From: Phoronis australis
Taxonomy: Eukaryota > Animalia > Phoronida
Direction of reading: 5' to 3'
Length of the DNA: 64,000 bases
Assembly: GCA_002633005.1 (NCBI GenBank)
Contig: NMRA01000451.1
Span: 228,892 to 292,891, forward strand
In this document: one piece after another, positions 13,301-26,900 of the stretch
Layout of the letters: each line of letters opens with the position of its first letter
Numbering within the stretch: the stretch's first letter is position 1
Program-made: the position numbers and the translations under genes
The notes under the pieces: model-generated
Seen by the model: only the letters and a program-made list of their open reading frames with translations
What the model was told of the DNA's origin: nothing
The model's database searches: none

Positions 13301-16000
13301 CAATCAAATTTGTTGCAACTACAGGGAAAAAGGCTAGCCTAAGAACTTTTATGATATATATTCTAGAACTGAATAGAAATCTATTCTAAACGTGTTTTTG
13401 TACCTATTTCATGGTACATTTTGCGTCTTGAGATAGTGATTTTGAATCAACAAAATAAAAGTGGTCAGGGATAGGTGTACAATGTATACTAGATACTACC
13501 ACTGAATATGGACACACATAGACTCCAGAAACGAATTTGTTGTGTGACCTACCAAATTGCAGCTTCAGGCACCAAATCTTACCTTCATTTTGAATCAATT
13601 AAAGCTACATTCCGACCGTGTTGAACTGTCAATGTTAAATTATTAACCTGTAAGTTCTTCGGGGTAAAAAAACTATCACGCACATCTCATCTTGAACTAT
13701 TACCAAATGAGACGGTAACTGAGTCCGGTCACAGGCAAAGCGTACTTCAAATACGCAATTTTATGGTTGTACAACCCAAAGGAGCTCTTACGCGATTTCT
13801 TGAGTCGCTGATGATTTGTGAGTTCTTCCTGGTAATGCAGATGGAATCCTATCACAGAAAGGAATATCAGGGCTTGAAATGACCAATGAGATAAAAGAGG
13901 AAATAGGGTTGTGCGATAGAAATATCTTTGTGTTGTAAAACGTGACTGAAATAAACGTTTTTGCATGTTTGAATGAAGTCAAAATAATGATAAAAAGGAG
14001 ACAAAAAAGAAGAAAATGGAAATCAAATAAAAAGGAAATTGAAACCAAAATGAGACATCCTCCGAAGGAAAATTCCAAGCCCTGGAAAATGATGAGCCCG
14101 ATTTTATACGACCAAATGGGCTAAATCGACTTCCGTTCTCTAACCAACTAAACAGTGCAAAAGTAGCTTTAATGTTGAAATTTTGGACAATAAAAAATTA
14201 ATGTACAATCCCTGACAAAAAGGTTTTAAATATTTGAAAACTCCTACAATTTGTAGATATAAGGTGGCCCAGTGCAAGTCTGCATTTTACCAAGTAAATC
14301 TACACGTCTGCAGTGTATTTGCTAAATATTTGTACAAATATAACAGCACAGAGGAAAAGTCTACTTGTCAGCTTTCCCCCTATGTATTGTGGTTTTTGTT
14401 TTAGTTTGGTGCAAGAGCACGGGTGACTAACAATTTTATAATCAGTCTTTATATTAACATTATGCTAATCACTCACAAAATGGTTTAATAGGGTGTTCAA
14501 ATGGAGGTTGTAAAAATTATTATATTTACACAGGAAATCCTATTTACAAGAAATCTCTCAGGCTACCGTTTTTCTTCAAATGACAGGGATATCTTACACA
14601 GAAAATCTCAAACCAATTCATTTAGGTGTATATCCTTGGCATGAAACCTTAATCCAGCGCTATCTGTTCCTATACAAAAGGGTGCAAGAGTACACACAAG
14701 ATAACATCCAGAGGCCTCCAAAAGTCAAAATCACACAATCACTCTGTAAAGTTTTACCTGTATTTGATATAAAAAGTCAGTATACAATGGGAATGTTCTG
14801 TCATGGTCATCACCAAAGTAAAATTGATTTTCAATTAATGATTTTTATCCCTATAACTTAAATTAGTTATACATTTCCACTACCTAAAATACACTAGCTC
14901 CCTTGTGGAACGCCATGTCATTAAAACAATGATGAGGTTCAGCTGCACTGCCTGAGCTGGAAACATCTAACAACACGTAGACGTCACGTGACAAAAATGC
15001 AAGTACATTTAGAAATGCTTCATGGCCGTTTGTTACCATAAAGACTGTTTTGGTTCGCAATTCTGAGAAACCTTCATTATTCTTAAACATACAATCCTAT
15101 TATTTCACAAACTCCTTAAAGCCCTTCTGCTCAGCCCTAATGGCTTTATCAAGAAAATTAAAATGGAAACTATAATCTGGAATGCAAAATGCTACCTTAA
15201 TTGACGCTCTTGAAATATCACAAAAATGGACAACAAAACTCATAGGGTGAGATACATCAAGAAATCCGTCAAAAATTTGCAGAACAACTACACAAATCAA
15301 GAAATGATGACATCCAATGAAACACACACCACATTCAGGGCTGTACTAACATCAAATCAGCAACAATTTTCCACATGCAGCAAGGGAAATAGTTTTGTCC
15401 ACACTACAAACCAATACAACAGGTATTTCTTCTGGTTTCTAAGTGCAGGCAGCTGACCCCCATCCTTCATAGATGGGTGCACCTGCACATGCAAAGACAG
15501 TTTACATTTGTATAACTTAATTTACAGATGGCCTTAGAATTGCTTGTGTTTATTTCTCTGATCAAATGACTGGGTTAAGAAAATAACTTTCAAATGAGCA
15601 CAAAAGATAGGTCACAAATCACTTTAGTTGTGCATATGATATGGCCCACAGAGGCCTCTAGTTGTTTTGAACAGGAGCAGATAGAAGTCAAAATTCCCTC
15701 CATCAGTTCACATGCTCATACCTAGTTGGTCCACATCACAGCCTGTAGAACACATCCTTTCGTCAGTTCACATGTGCTCAAATCTAGTTGGTCCACATCA
15801 TAGATACCTTGAAACATTTTGCTAAGGCAACTATCTCCTCTTATGGGGAATCTTGTATGTCTGTGTAACAAGTAAATGGGCTAATCAACAAACTCCTTGC
15901 CTTATGAATTATTTCTGCAAGTGGCAATGAAGTCCAGCTGGATTCCAACACCTAGTTGTATGATACAGTAGTCCGTTTGTTGCCTGCCCAATAGAGGTCT

Positions 16001-19000
16001 CTAGTAGTCTGGTACAGGGGTCAAGAGTCCCTTCATTAACTGTGCATATGAGATGCGGCCAGCAGAGGCCACGTTGGCATCTCGAAACATTGCATCAACT
16101 GAAAAACAATTTGTGCCAGATATCATTTGATGTACGGCAGGGATCACTTTCAAAAGAGAGCAAAATGGACCACATCCCAAATGTGCGCAAATCTATTTGT
16201 TAATTAACAATGTAAGTAAAAATACTAGCTGTAGATAAACAGATATTTTCTGAGCTTACTTGTTAAATCAACTATTACACAAATGTTCCAGTAAAAAATT
16301 CAAAACAACATAAATGTTGGTAATTTTGTCACATTCAACGATTTGACCAATCAAAAAATAATTATTTGTGTCACCATTTTTGTGACGTCAAAAGTGCATA
16401 CTACCTTCAAAACTCAACCTTTCCTTATTACCCTCTGTGAGGTGTATGTGAAACTGATGACAAATAAACAGGCCCTTTAGCAACTACAATGTCTTACTTC
16501 CTAACGGATGAAGAGTTTGTCAACAAGACACCTACATACCCTCCTGTTTAGTGAGTCGTTCCCCAAAGTGTGTGAGTAAGTTTTTAAGTTCCTTGGCAGG
16601 AATTGTGCCAGATCGTTCAGTATCGTGTGCCTGGAAAGCCGCCATGATCTCTGACTGACACTTCTCCACCTTGGAGTGATGGTGCAATACCTCAAGGAAG
16701 GTGGCAAAGTCGATCTTGCCATCTGCAAGGAGATTCACCCGTAAACAAACACATGCCATGTTACAGTAATGGCGAAGGACAAGAGGAACTAATCACTAAT
16801 ACATGACAGAGCCAACTTCAACACTTCTCTATTACATTCAATTTCACAAATACCAATCAAACAATATTACTACTTAAGAATCAATTTAGGTCATGGCTGT
16901 GAGAATGGAACATGGTCCGTAATTGTGTATACAAATCAAAATACAATAAATACCTTTTGTAAATGTTTTGAAATAAGTTCTGAGTTCTTCCTGAGTTGGA
17001 CTGTAGCTTAGTGACCTCATAATTAGAGATAATTCATCCTCTCTGGAAATGTGACCTTTCTTGGCATACAGATTAAAACACTCCTTAAATTCTACAAAAG
17101 AAGGCAAAGTTAACTTAAAGTCTGGGCAAAACAAGCAAGATCTTCCATGTTCTGAAGGCAATGTTACACTTGGAAACACGAACATTGAAATGTTCCCCAC
17201 AAGCATTGATATCTGCATTGATATGCAAATACAGTGAGCATTGCAAACGCCAAATATATAAAAAGTGCTCATTTTTTAAATGTATTTTTATTGAGCAACA
17301 GTAGTGAAGCTGAGTCTAAGAATCTAAAAACTGACAACAAAAATCATCAATATTAGGGACTGCAGTTGGATCCGTCCAATGATCAAATGCATTTGTGATG
17401 ATAATGCTTCAAGTTCAAGAGGCTTAGTTGGTACTAAAAGTGAAACATAAACTAATAATACTGTCACTAGTGGACAGAGCACAACTACCAAAAAATGGGC
17501 AAGTGCTGCGTTCTCCTAGATCAAAACATTATGTAACAAATTTCCTGAAGACCAGTCATCAAACTTTATAAACACTAAGGGATAAACACACCAGGAGGGG
17601 TAGGAGTAGCCCCAACTTTAAGTTGATCCCACTTATGTTTCCCTCAATAGAAATACCTGTGTCAAATTTCATAACAATTCTTGTAACAGCAAGATTCCAA
17701 CAACAGAACTAAAAAAATATTTGAAATTGCCACTCGGGATGATCAACATGCCAGAGTCATTTAAACATGAACAGATGTTTGCTTCTTCGGAAACACATAT
17801 CTGTCAATTCTTATAAAGTTTTACCAACTAGCAAGAGGCAGAAACATGAAAGTAAAATTGCCAAAACGGGGCACAGTTAGTACACACACTAGGTGAAAAT
17901 CAATGTAAACCATACTCTCATTACTAGGAAGTAACCAAACTAATTCCAGGATAAGTCCAAAAAGAACGTGGTAGCTATTGAGGTAGGCACAGAGAAATAT
18001 CAAAATGCCACTAGAGGGCATAGTAGGGGTCACAATCGCCTGAAAATCAACACAAGTCAAACCCTCCCCAATGTGTTGGTAGATATTGCAACAAGTCCAA
18101 AAAAAACTAACACCGCTACAAGTGTAAAAGTCAAGGAGTCTCTCTTCAAAATGGCTGCCGGGAATCAGTTTCACTGTCAAATATCACAGCAGTGTTCTCC
18201 ATGACCGTGTCTACGCGACCAGTTTGGCAGTACTTGCGACACGCTTGAATGGCCAGTAACCTGTTTCAAGAAATAGCGACCAGTTTAGAAAAAGGCATCG
18301 CCATCACTTAATGTTTTCCATGGAGTGTTTTGAAAAATCACACATCATCTTAATAATTGCCAAAAAGCTCTCCCTTACTCATTTTAGCTATGAACTTGGA
18401 TGAAGGCACGACCAAGGTGTGGGTGGTTAACCTTACATGGGCACTTATTTCAAGCTTAATCGCCGAGTCAGAGAATAACTCCAATGTTTGCTTGTTTGGC
18501 TCTGAATATATGCCATATATGGAAAAATAGGTCAACCATAGTTCTAGCACCTGATACATTGGCTTTGGAGGTGAACAAAGTAGGGAGGTAGCTCTTAAAA
18601 TTGCAAGAAAAGAATGCTGCATTGGAATAATAAATTTGTTTAGAGTAGTACAGGAGACAGTGGTTTACTTTAGACCTGGTCAGTGTCAATGTCAACAAAG
18701 AGGTCGTTTTTATGTACTATAGAAAACACCAACAACATATTCCCAGCTACCACTGTTGACAACCATAACTCCCAGCAACTAGAAATTGATCAGACGTGCA
18801 TTCCGTAGATGCAGCAGCCTCATGAAAACACAAGATCATGCAAGACAGCCAAAGATTTCACCAAGTATTATGAGCAAAGCAAATTATCACTTTAGTTTCC
18901 TTCGTGAGGCTCTCGTATCTAGGGTAAACACAGCCAGTTTCCACATTTGAAATCATGCCTTAGAGTTTTGAAAATCAATTCCTTGATGCAAATTACAGGT

Positions 19001-20606
19001 AGAAGCTAATTCAAGCGGTGGTCACTTATCTTTCAGTTGTCAAAAGCAAAGGGTTGGCAGTTGTGATGTTTTCAATGTTAGCACACTTACGACCAGTTCG
19101 GATTTTGAGTTGTGGAGAACACTGAACAGTAATGGTCATGAAAAGTTGTTTTCCACAGCCATTTTGAAGAGGAGTATGGGTATTCGACTTTTACCCACTG
19201 AACCAGTGAACATACAGGATGACGATAAAATTAAGTGACATATGATGGCATACACTCCGAAACCCTATAGTCGTCCGCCTAAGCATAAAACCGGCTTGTT
19301 GTCTTACTCACCCAATTATTCAACTTCAAAGTTATGATCTGAATAGGACTTGATTTAACTCTCACAAATATATAGTATTCGTTGATTCAAACGTTTTCTT
19401 TTACTTAAGCCGAGTTGTTCAACTGTGCATTGCTTTTCGGCAGCCATTTTTTAATGACACCTATGGTCGTCATGTGCTGCCGCCTTTTGAAAGGACAGAA
19501 AACCACACAGAAAAAGGCCAAGAAAATAGTGGAAANNNNNNNNNNNNNNNNNNNNNNNNNNNNNNNNNNNNNNNNNNNNNNNNNNNNNNNNNNNNNNNNN
19601 NNNNNNNNNNNNNNNNNNNNNNNNNNNNNNNNNNNNNNNNNNNNNNNNNNNNNNNNNNNNNNNNNNNNNNNNNNNNNNNNNNNNNNNNNNNNNNNNNNNN
19701 NNNNNNNNNNNNNNNNNNNNNNNNNNNNNNNNNNNNNNNNNNNNNNNNNNNNNNNNNNNNNNNNNNNNNNNNNNNNNNNNNNNNNNNNNNNNNNNNNNNN
19801 NNNNNNNNNNNNNNNNNNNNNNNNNNNNNNNNNNGGCATTTTGGAAACGAACATTTGACTGACAAGACCGCAATGGCTCACCTTTGGCCTATTTAAAAAT
19901 TATTGCGAGCGCGGTAAAAGTTGGAGCGTGCGCAGTACAAAAATTTTGATTTCACGATTTTGGGAACTGAAATAGGGACTGCTCGAAGAAAAAGTTTCAT
20001 AACGGGAGTATTTGTTCGAGTTGGAAGAACTTAAACACATCGACAACCTCCTAAGGTGTTCGTCTATGTGCAAAAGGTAGTTATAACAACGTGACTTTGA
20101 TGGTTTAGTCGGTGCTAGGCATAATTCGCCGAAAAGCTTCCGGCGTACAGAGCGCCTATAGCCTCTACATCGCCTCTGGTTCGGGCCAACAGAGGCGATG
20201 GTCATTGCCTAATGTCACATATGCTACTTTAAGGCGGAAATTACTTTTCACTAAGTATGAGAGTACACCTTTGTGTTGCTTTGATTTTTATACAAAATCG
20301 CTTGTTTTTTCATGTGTGTCTACTGAAGTTTGTTCTGAATGGTGTTCAAGGTATTGCCCAACGAAGTTTACGTCAGTGTAACAGGATGGGTGTGTCTCCT
20401 TCGACATTGACAAGTCAGTGACCAGGTGACAGGTACCCCAGTCGCAGAGACGTTTCAAACTCACCATCGATGTCGCCTTGACTGAAGAACCTTGCCTAAA
20501 AAGTAAAATTAACATGGTGTCAACAAACAAAATATAATAAGTGCAATTTTGCGGGTCATAAAAAGGAATTTCTGAGGTTTGAATTCGATTGTCAGCTACT
20601 CACCAT
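16001..20606 (-). CDS. CALML4: Calmodulin-like protein 4 ortholog, 150 aa, 5 coding exons
   Basis: Minus-strand exons 20606-20604 (ATG|gtgagt), 20495-20465 (ARFFSQGDID), 17091-16954 (EFKECFNLYAKKG..MRSLSYSPT), 16722-16540 (DGKIDFATFLEVL..THFGERLTKQE), 16098-16001 (VDAMFRDANV..LLTPVPDY*). The FFSQ..EFKECF start, degenerate EF loops and C-terminal PVPDY are characteristic of CALML4. Confidence 0.9.
19536..19834. other. Assembly gap (N run)
   Basis: Run of N inside CALML4 intron 2, directly abutting a repeat copy. Confidence 0.99.
19835..20211 (-). mobile_element. Partial copy of the long-TIR element at 22396-23323
   Basis: Close reverse complement of 22396-22792. It ends in ..gtcattgccta and its other end runs into the gap. 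Confidence 0.85.
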
Positions 20607-20933
20607 CTTTTTTTCTTGAGTGTAACAAACTGAGTTTCTATATAAGATATGATCTGTGTATTTTGTCAAAATATTTCCAAAAATTTTTCAATAAAAATTT
20701 ATTATTTTTATTTTATTTGGTTTTGTTTCTAATTATAACTTTAATTTGATACAAATATTCAATAATACCTACATAGTAAAACTATGTTTTGGCTTTATAT
20801 GTAAAATCGGCAACTAACTGCTAAAAGCTTGTCGATTGGACAATATTGTAACGTGCTGTTAATTCCACCAATCGTGAATCGTATGTCAGTTTATGTTTCT
20901 GTGCTCAAAATAGACTGTTGCAGCCGACAGAAG
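20607..20933. promoter_or_regulatory. Probable bidirectional promoter shared by CALML4 and NENF
   Basis: Only 327 bp separate the divergent start codons. Oppositely oriented CCAAT boxes lie at 20835-20839 (ATTGG) and 20868-20872 (CCAAT). Confidence 0.65.
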
Positions 20934-23900
20934 ATGGGGCGTCACGTTTCGATGTTACTTTCTGTTGCTACAATATTTTTTATTTGCCTCTCACATCTTA
21001 TACGCGGCACTGACGATTACGAAAACTTGAAAACGTTCACTCCTGAGGAAATCGCTCGTTATGATGGCTCCGACGTAAGTGTATTTTTTCTGTCAGCTGC
21101 GGAGAATGCTGGAGTGAAGCACAGCCACCGGGCGTTCCGGAGACGGAGTGCAGCCAGGCACCAAGTAGACAGAGATCACCGTCTCTAGCTGGCTCAATAG
21201 AGACGGTGTAGCTGCTATAGGCGGTTCATACGCCGGACGCTTTTCGGCGATTTATGCCTCACACCCACCGTATATCTGTTGAGCCAGGTAGAGATAGGTC
21301 ACAGTGTCTAGTAAGGCAGTAAGCCACCTAGTTTCAGTTATGAAGACCATCGTCTGGCATCGTCAAAGTACAGCTAGGTACCACTATGTGTTCAGCTCCG
21401 ACAGACCTCGAAATTGCACACAGCCCAGGTAGTTCTGCTCACCACCTCACCGTAAAACTTGTATCAACATGTAGAGCTGCCGCCCAGCAGGGGTACTTGC
21501 AAAATCTGTAGTCAACCCACCTTGCTCGTTACAGTCTTTTAAGTTACAAACATAATAAATGTCATTTTCAACTAGCAGTAGAGATGGTGGCCATCCCGTA
21601 GGCCCTCGATCCATATGCCGGAAGCTTCTCTGCGAATTATGCCTCACACTGATTAAACCATTAAAGTCACGTTGCTAGTATGAGGGTAATTTGTTTACCA
21701 TGACAGCATTTTCCAGTTCAGTGACTTTACCAGACGAAGGGGGTTTGTTAACTGCCAAGCGCAGTCTTTTTTCTGTTATTAAAACAGGCATTCCAATTAT
21801 CTACCAGGCTTATTTATATTACAGACCGCGTGTGAACACCCTCAAATCCAGAGTGAATGGGATACATTCGGAAAGAATAGATTATCGTAACTTCAGTTGC
21901 AGTTGGGCGATTTTAGCGATTCAAAAACTAAACATGATCACCATTTGACGAGGATTTCAGAACTGCTATTGGTTTATGTTCAAATGTGTTATAACTTAAC
22001 ATTTATGTTTAACAGCACAACCCAGTCAGGCTAGATATGATCTTATTGAAGATTAGAGCAATTATCAAACAAAAGAGGGCTGGCCCTGACCAACCATGAA
22101 TGCCAGAATGGAGTTAATCAGTCGTGTAAGATATTGGCTACAGGGGAAACTTCCCAACTTGTTGTTGGGCTACTATGGAGTCTAACAAGTTGGGAACAAC
22201 GGGAAAATGCCGTAATGCAATACGGCATTGACCAACATACGATTTCGGTATCTTTCGATTCCTCACGTTGTCTTCCCAAAAATGTATGAAAATGTCTCAT
22301 ACCCCATTCCATTATTTTATCGTCAAATTTCTTCTCGCATGTTGAGTGGAAAGAGTCATCCGGTCACCAAAAACTGAACTAATCTATCAACACCCTAGGC
22401 AATGGCCATCGCCTCTGTTGGCCCGAACCAGAGGCGGTGCAGAGGCTATAGGCGCTCTGTACGCCGGAAGCTTTTCGGTGAATTATGCCTCGCACCGACT
22501 AAACCATCAGAGTCACGTTGTTATAAATACCTTTGTGCATAGAGGAAAACCTGAGGAGGTTGTCGATGTTTTTAATTCCTTCCAACTCGAACAAATACTC
22601 CCATTATCAAACTTTTTCTTCGAGCAGTCCCTATTTCAGTTCCCAAAATCGTGAACTCACCATTTTTATACTGTGCACGCTCCAATTTTTACCGCACTCG
22701 CTAGGTGATGTGACTTCATGACCTCAATCTTTAAATAGGCCAAAGGTGAGCCATTGCGGTCTTGTCAGTCAAATGTTCGTTTCCAAAATGCCACCTCGTA
22801 TACTTGTCTTTAATTGGCGTTACTTGAAACTGATTGTATTTCAATGAATTATTGTTTGTATTTGATAAAAATAAATGCTGTTGATATGACATTTAATAGT
22901 CTTTGTTCACATATTTGACATTTTAATGTTTAACAACACGGCAAATGCACGGCTGGTTCCCGGCAGCACGTACGCGAAGGGCGGGAACTTCAGCTTTCAA
23001 AGTTCGCAGGTAGGTCCGCAACTTCTGACTTTCGGCCTGATTAAAAAAATGAAAATGTTGATTTCACGATTTTGGGAACTGAAATAGGGACTGCTCGAAG
23101 AAAAAGTTTCATAACGGGAGTATTTGTTCGAGTTGGAAGGAATTAAACACATTGACAACCTCCTAAGGTGTTCCTCTATGCGCAAAAGGTATTTAAAACA
23201 ACGTGACTTTGATGGTTTAGTCGGTGCGAGGCATAATTCGCCGAAAAGCTTCCGGCGTACAGAGCGCCTATAGCCTCTGCATCGCCTCTGGTTCGGGCCA
23301 ACAGAGGCGATGGTCATTGCCTACCAACACCCATATTCTGCAGAGCGTCACTCTCCATATTTAGTTCAAACTGACTGAGGACCGTCGAGCCCGAGCTATG
23401 GTCCCAAGGGTTTAAATTCCTGTGGTGACCCTGATGCGCTTCCTGCTTAGAATCTGCAAAATAGGGGTTGTTTTCGAAGTCCAAATTTGTGAAAAGGGTA
23501 TCAGAGAATTTTGTGGAAAAGTGGTAAAAACGATCACAATTCTAAAAATTTTTGGGAGAGGGTGAAATGCTGCCCCTCGTTGCTCTTAGGAAAACTTTAC
23601 GAGGAATCTTGAAGGTGAACACCATTCAGAGAATCAATAGTACTGATTAGCAACAAGTGTCACTGTAATCTTCAGATAGCAAACATGGCAATGTCATCCG
23701 GGAAATAGTGCGAATAGAAATTCGACTACAAAATGGTGAGGAAATGCGGTACGGAGAACGTTTTTATATTTTTTGGAATGAGAATGAACGTTGGAAATTT
23801 TTAAGTCGCGTGTTGCAACTTGATACAGATAGTCCCAAAGTCAAATTTCAGGTCGCATATGTGACCTGCAACTCGTTGTGTCGCAGGCTGAGTCTCGGTA

Positions 23901-26900
23901 GATTATAAGCGACTCCGACTTTCGCATACTCGGTAAGGTCGCATTGCTGGTTAGATCTCTTCTGTTAGTCACATAGCAAACCACGGTTGCTGATTACACA
24001 AATAATTGGTGCTCTGTCTAAAGATTATTTTTACCGACTCAAATAGGTGTGTGAACTATTTTTCCCTCGGACACCTACTATACAAACTTTTTTTCCCTCG
24101 GATTCCCAAGTTGGGAGCAACGGGAAAACGCCGTAATGCTCAAAAGCCTAATAGCTTTTGTTGCCTATTGTATTCTGACGTCATTCACTTTTTAGAAAAG
24201 TGCTAACCTTGTTTTGAAGTACATGTAGTCAAATGAGTGAATTAATTACGGGTGATCTTCCAATTTTTATTTGAACTGTATGTGTTTTATTGTGAGGTAC
24301 CTGTGATAAATGGTCTGCATGACTGCTATATGTAGGGCCTAATGTGTCTACAGTGTCCAACTTGTTGCTCTGTGATAAATGGCCTGCATAGGGTACAATG
24401 AGGGTGTAATGAATATGTTTCCTGTGATTGTTACAGCTGAGTAAACCTATCTACATGGCAGTGAAAGGTCTGGTGTTTGACGTCTCCACGGGTAAAGGTA
24501 AGTTGCTCAAAAGTATGCCATGTTGCCCAGATCCTGTCAGTCCACTGAGCTGTTTGAGATACTGGGTTGTGTAAACCAAGTGATAGATTGCTATGTGCAG
24601 GCTGACATAAGTAGAGTTTTAGTCATTGATGATCACTTCCCCCAGCAACTTGTGCAAGGTGCAATTTTCCACGCTTCTTTCACAGCAGCTCTGATGTTGA
24701 CATTTTGAGCCAAACCCCATTTTTGATTCAAAAATCTGTACACTTGTGCAGTGAAAGTATCACAATAGAAGGCCATCTGGTGTTGCTTCAATGAAGATGA
24801 GGTACTGAGTACAATGATAACTCACCAGACTGATCCCCCCCTACCCCTAAATCCGCCATTGTAGCAATTCTTTCTTGTGGTTGCATAGGACTCCAGAAAA
24901 GTGCCCAAATTTGGGTAATTTCAGAGCGTCACATTTCAGAAGTGGATCCATGTGAAACTTTGACATACCATGCTTTATACACAGTTCTTCAAGACTATAT
25001 TTGGAATTGTCTTTAAAATGTTCCGCTGTTGTATGAAGGACTACCAAAAATACAACTTTTGTCATTTTCATGAAGAGATTTATAAACTGCATCAAAGGAA
25101 AATGAAGTTAATATATTTTAGAAAACTAACAGAGCTTTTGAGATTTCATGTGGAAAAGTTATTTCAAATGAAATGTACTGAGCTATGTTAGTGATACTAT
25201 AACAGTAGGTTGGTGTAAAGTCAAAAATCAAATTTTGCAGGCTTTCAACTTTCAGAAAATATTTACTTTTACACTTTTAAATTATAGTTTTGTAGATATT
25301 TGGCTAAGTATAGACTTGTTGGTAAGGTACCACATAACTCGAAGTTATACCTACAGGTTTGTTTTCAAGTATGTTTTCTTAAATGACATATGTAAGGTTA
25401 ATGGTAGAGCCATAACAGTAGATATTTTTAAAATCTTTGATCATCACAGAATCATTTCCATACAAAAACAATTGCTCGAAACTTGCAATGTTTTTCTCTA
25501 TAGTCTATTAGCTGCAAAAAAAAAATTCTTGGATTTTCTTTGAAGGGATGTAACTTAAAGACTCTTTTGTCAAAAATGCAGACATCTACATTCCTTGAAA
25601 AAACGTCTCGATTTTTGACACTGGTCAAGCTCTTGGGCTAGAAGGCCTTGAAAGAAAATTCTAGGCATTGTTTTATAGAACTAATGGAATGAAGAAGCAG
25701 AATTTGCAATTTTTTCGAAAACATTTGGTGGTTGTGGAAAATGGAGCAATCACTGTGAAAAGTCTTGAATTTTTAAGGAAAAGGCACAGTCATTTTGTGG
25801 GAACATCTGGACATTGCTTTTGAGCACACTGCCATGAAAATATAATTTTATGGTTCTATCATTACTTCAATGGCGCTCACTTATTGTCATACCAGATAAT
25901 AGAATGTCCTCATTGTTGTCAGAAAATGACCTGCATGATAATTTATTGTCATATTCCAGCGATATATCAGCATACCGGTAATTGACTCTCACCCGCTTAG
26001 TAGCATGACTACCTTCGTTTTTTGTCTAAAACCGAACCTAATTCATCTTATGGGATCTCAACATCAGGGGTAAACATCAGTCATTTCCTGTTCACCTGTC
26101 TCACTCTGAGCATCTACTTAGTATTATTAGCTTAAATTAATGATTACGATCTGTACCAAGTTGAAACCCGCTGAAGGCTATGTAGGCCAACTTCAGAATA
26201 TTGCATCTCAAAAGTGGCTCAACAGATTCTTATGAAACTTCCATTATGCTTTATGCTCTGTTGTCCAAAACGCTGTACGGAATTGGTTTCAAAATTTCCA
26301 TTTTTGCACAAGGGTCTATCAAAAAAGGACATAAATGATGTTTTTTTCAAACTTTATAAGGTTGCATAAAACAAACCAGTAATTCAGAAAACTAACAGCC
26401 TTTTCGGAATTAGTTTTGAACATACATGTCATACGAGTTTGGGTCATATATTTTGATCTTGTCTCGCTATGAATGTTCCTTGATTTTTTGCTAACTTTTG
26501 CAAAAAAGCATTGTCATGTGAATTTATTAATGGCTGATTGGAAAAAGTCATCAATCATGTTCCATAGAATTTCTGCTTTCAGAAAATTTATACTTTGCTG
26601 AGTTGAATTCTATAGTTTAGTAGATATTTGGCTGACTGTGCAGACATTTCAATAAGGTTCGACATAGCCTCAAAGGAATATTCCGCTTGTTATCATAATT
26701 TACATCAAAACGGTGAGTACTACATTAGCTGGCTTCACTATATTTAAAAAATTATTCAAGAAATTCAATTCTTATAATGAATGCAGCCATGTAACATGTT
26801 ATGTTATGTGTAAATTTCATACTTTTATTTAGATTTCTATGGCAAAGGAGAAAGTTACAATGCTCTTGTGGGGAAAGACTCCAGTAGAGGAGTTGCAAAG

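Noticed and set aside
19405-19896. ORFs of 131-158 aa in the supplied track
   Set aside because: Artefacts of translation through the N gap.
20829-20933. Longer NENF N-terminus from upstream TTG or ATG 20883
   Set aside because: ATG 20934 has better context (aagATGG) and directly precedes a signal peptide; the extension would overlap the promoter.
19900-23317. Near-identical 100-aa ORFs (MTIASVGPNQRRC..) as duplicated genes
   Set aside because: They lie within the inverted arms of a non-autonomous transposon and show no protein-like features.
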